A stretch of 29,189 nt of DNA from an uncultured Fidelibacterota bacterium (GTDB lineage Bacteria; Fidelibacterota; Marinisomatia; Marinisomatales; UBA1611), in the NCBI GenBank assembly GCA_913040915.1, contig CAJWHW010000026.1, forward strand, positions 1-29,189. The letters run 5' to 3'. Shown here piece after piece: positions 28,146 to 29,189 of this stretch. Both the position numbers and the translations under genes were made by a program. Under the pieces are notes generated by a model. The model made no database searches. It worked only from the letters and a program-made list of their open reading frames with translations, and was not told the origin of the DNA. How positions within the stretch are numbered: the first letter of the stretch is position 1; each line of letters opens with the position of its first letter.

Positions 28146-29189
28146 CTATGGCTGGAGTACCATATTTACCAAGAAAATAACATCAAAAATATTCAAACTG
28201 TTATCTTGATTAACGTCTGCAACTATTTGCGGGCAGGCACCAGGAAACTCACCTGCTATGACATAATCAGCTAGGAGAAGAATATCTGTAATATTCAGTT
28301 CACCAGAATTATTTATGTCTCCAATATTCCACTCCATACAAGCATTAGGTGCCAGTGCAATAAATTCATGCCACCCTGCAAGTGGGCTGTTCTCAATTCT
28401 TCCTGACGAATCTGCAGCCTGAATAAAATATTGTAATTGACCTTCATCAGCTAATGGAGGAATCCAGCCGACCCATGTATTTGGTTCTTCCTGACTTAAA
28501 GATTCAAAAAGATGGACATCATTCCAATCTAAATCACCTGCGATACGCCAAAATACTTTCATCGAATCACTGATGATTCCTTCACCGCTCAATGGATCAA
28601 CATAAACAGAGACTAGGTAGCCCTCATTATCCGGTTCAGTATCGTCGTTCAAAGGATTATGCATTACTTGAAGCATTTCGAGATCAGGTATACCTTTTGT
28701 ACGGCAATGTAGTGCATCCGTGGATTCCCAGGAACCGGCAAATGGTATTACATCATAACCTGGCATAGCTGATTCATACATTTCTAATGCATCATCATCC
28801 CAAATGCCACCTGTGATTGGGACTAAAATTTTATGATTCAAAATAGTGGAGTTAGTATAGGGCTGATTGTTTGGGGTATAAACACGAAATACATCCCAGG
28901 GTTCGCCCCACTTATTTGTAGAATTTCCGAAATAATTTGCTGTTGCTTCTATTTCATCATACTGTGCATGGTTAGTTGGGACTTCTCTGATTAAAACTTT
29001 TGTAGGGCTTAAATATTTTCCCCAACAATCGATATGATCTATATATGTGTTATTGGGATCAGGAACAACATGATATGTTTCAATTCCAAAATAATCATCC
29101 ATGATTTGATTTACTGAAGCATTAGATATCTCATTCTCATCATATACCAGATCCGATGATGCGGCAATTCCCATACCATCGGTCATATA
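28146..29189 (-). CDS. Agmatine deiminase/Porphyromonas-type peptidylarginine deiminase family protein with Ig-like domain and C-terminal type I dockerin; 5' end outside the window
   Basis: Frame is open to the window edge (Y-M-T-D-G resembles the internal GGN.xxDG motif); YIDHIDCW, YTNSTILN..ILVP, DALHCRT; dockerin GDINNSGELNITDILLL...ADVNQDNSLNIFDVIFLVNMVL. Confidence 0.85.
   Translation of the reverse strand, partial: YMTDGMGIAASSDLVYDENEISNASVNQIMDDYFGIETYHVVPDPNNTYIDHIDCWGKYLSPTKVLIREVPTNHAQYDEIEATANYFGNSTNKWGEPWDVFRVYTPNNQPYTNSTILNHKILVPITGGIWDDDALEMYESAMPGYDVIPFAGSWESTDALHCRTKGIPDLEMLQVMHNPLNDDTEPDNEGYLVSVYVDPLSGEGIISDSMKVFWRIAGDLDWNDVHLFESLSQEEPNTWVGWIPPLADEGQLQYFIQAADSSGRIENSPLAGWHEFIALAPNACMEWNIGDINNSGELNITDILLLADYVIAGEFPGACPQIVADVNQDNSLNIFDVIFLVNMVLQP

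Noticed and set aside
1..29189. CRISPR array, rRNA, riboswitch or recoded stop codons
   Set aside because: Non-coding gaps are short and AT-rich, I saw no repeat-spacer pattern, and genes are full length under the standard bacterial code.

Overview
AT-rich bacterial window in which every credible gene lies on the minus strand. Gene content (T9SS-type C-terminal domains, a dockerin, acidic DxNxNGxWD-rich proteins) is most consistent with an FCB-group organism, probably Ca. Marinimicrobia/Marinisomatota; this is inference, not a database result. Transcription order, right to left: 5'-truncated agmatine/peptidylarginine deiminase with a dockerin; a multi-pass membrane protein; tig-clpP-clpX; then a ~24 kb cell-surface cluster. 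The cluster is: lipoprotein, TonB-dependent receptor, 1058-aa secreted protein, PorV/PorQ-like barrel, ~1653-aa PKD-repeat paralogue, a second PorV/PorQ-like barrel, and three type-A CTD proteins (Asp-box propeller, nested beta-sandwich protein, and a pappalysin/M43 metalloprotease with FG-GAP repeats that the ORF track missed). Most striking: the two barrel genes lie in a 1046-bp direct repeat in which I found no mismatch (8057-9102 and 14048-15093). The repeat also covers the last 8 codons and the translational-coupling junction of two otherwise diverged upstream genes that share an atypical 'VVPNPY...GKFAVIR' C-terminal domain. This suggests a cargo + dedicated-barrel cassette that recombination could add or drop, or an assembly effect. 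The Clp pair is also atypical: ClpX lacks its zinc-binding domain and ClpP has Asn at the catalytic Asp position.
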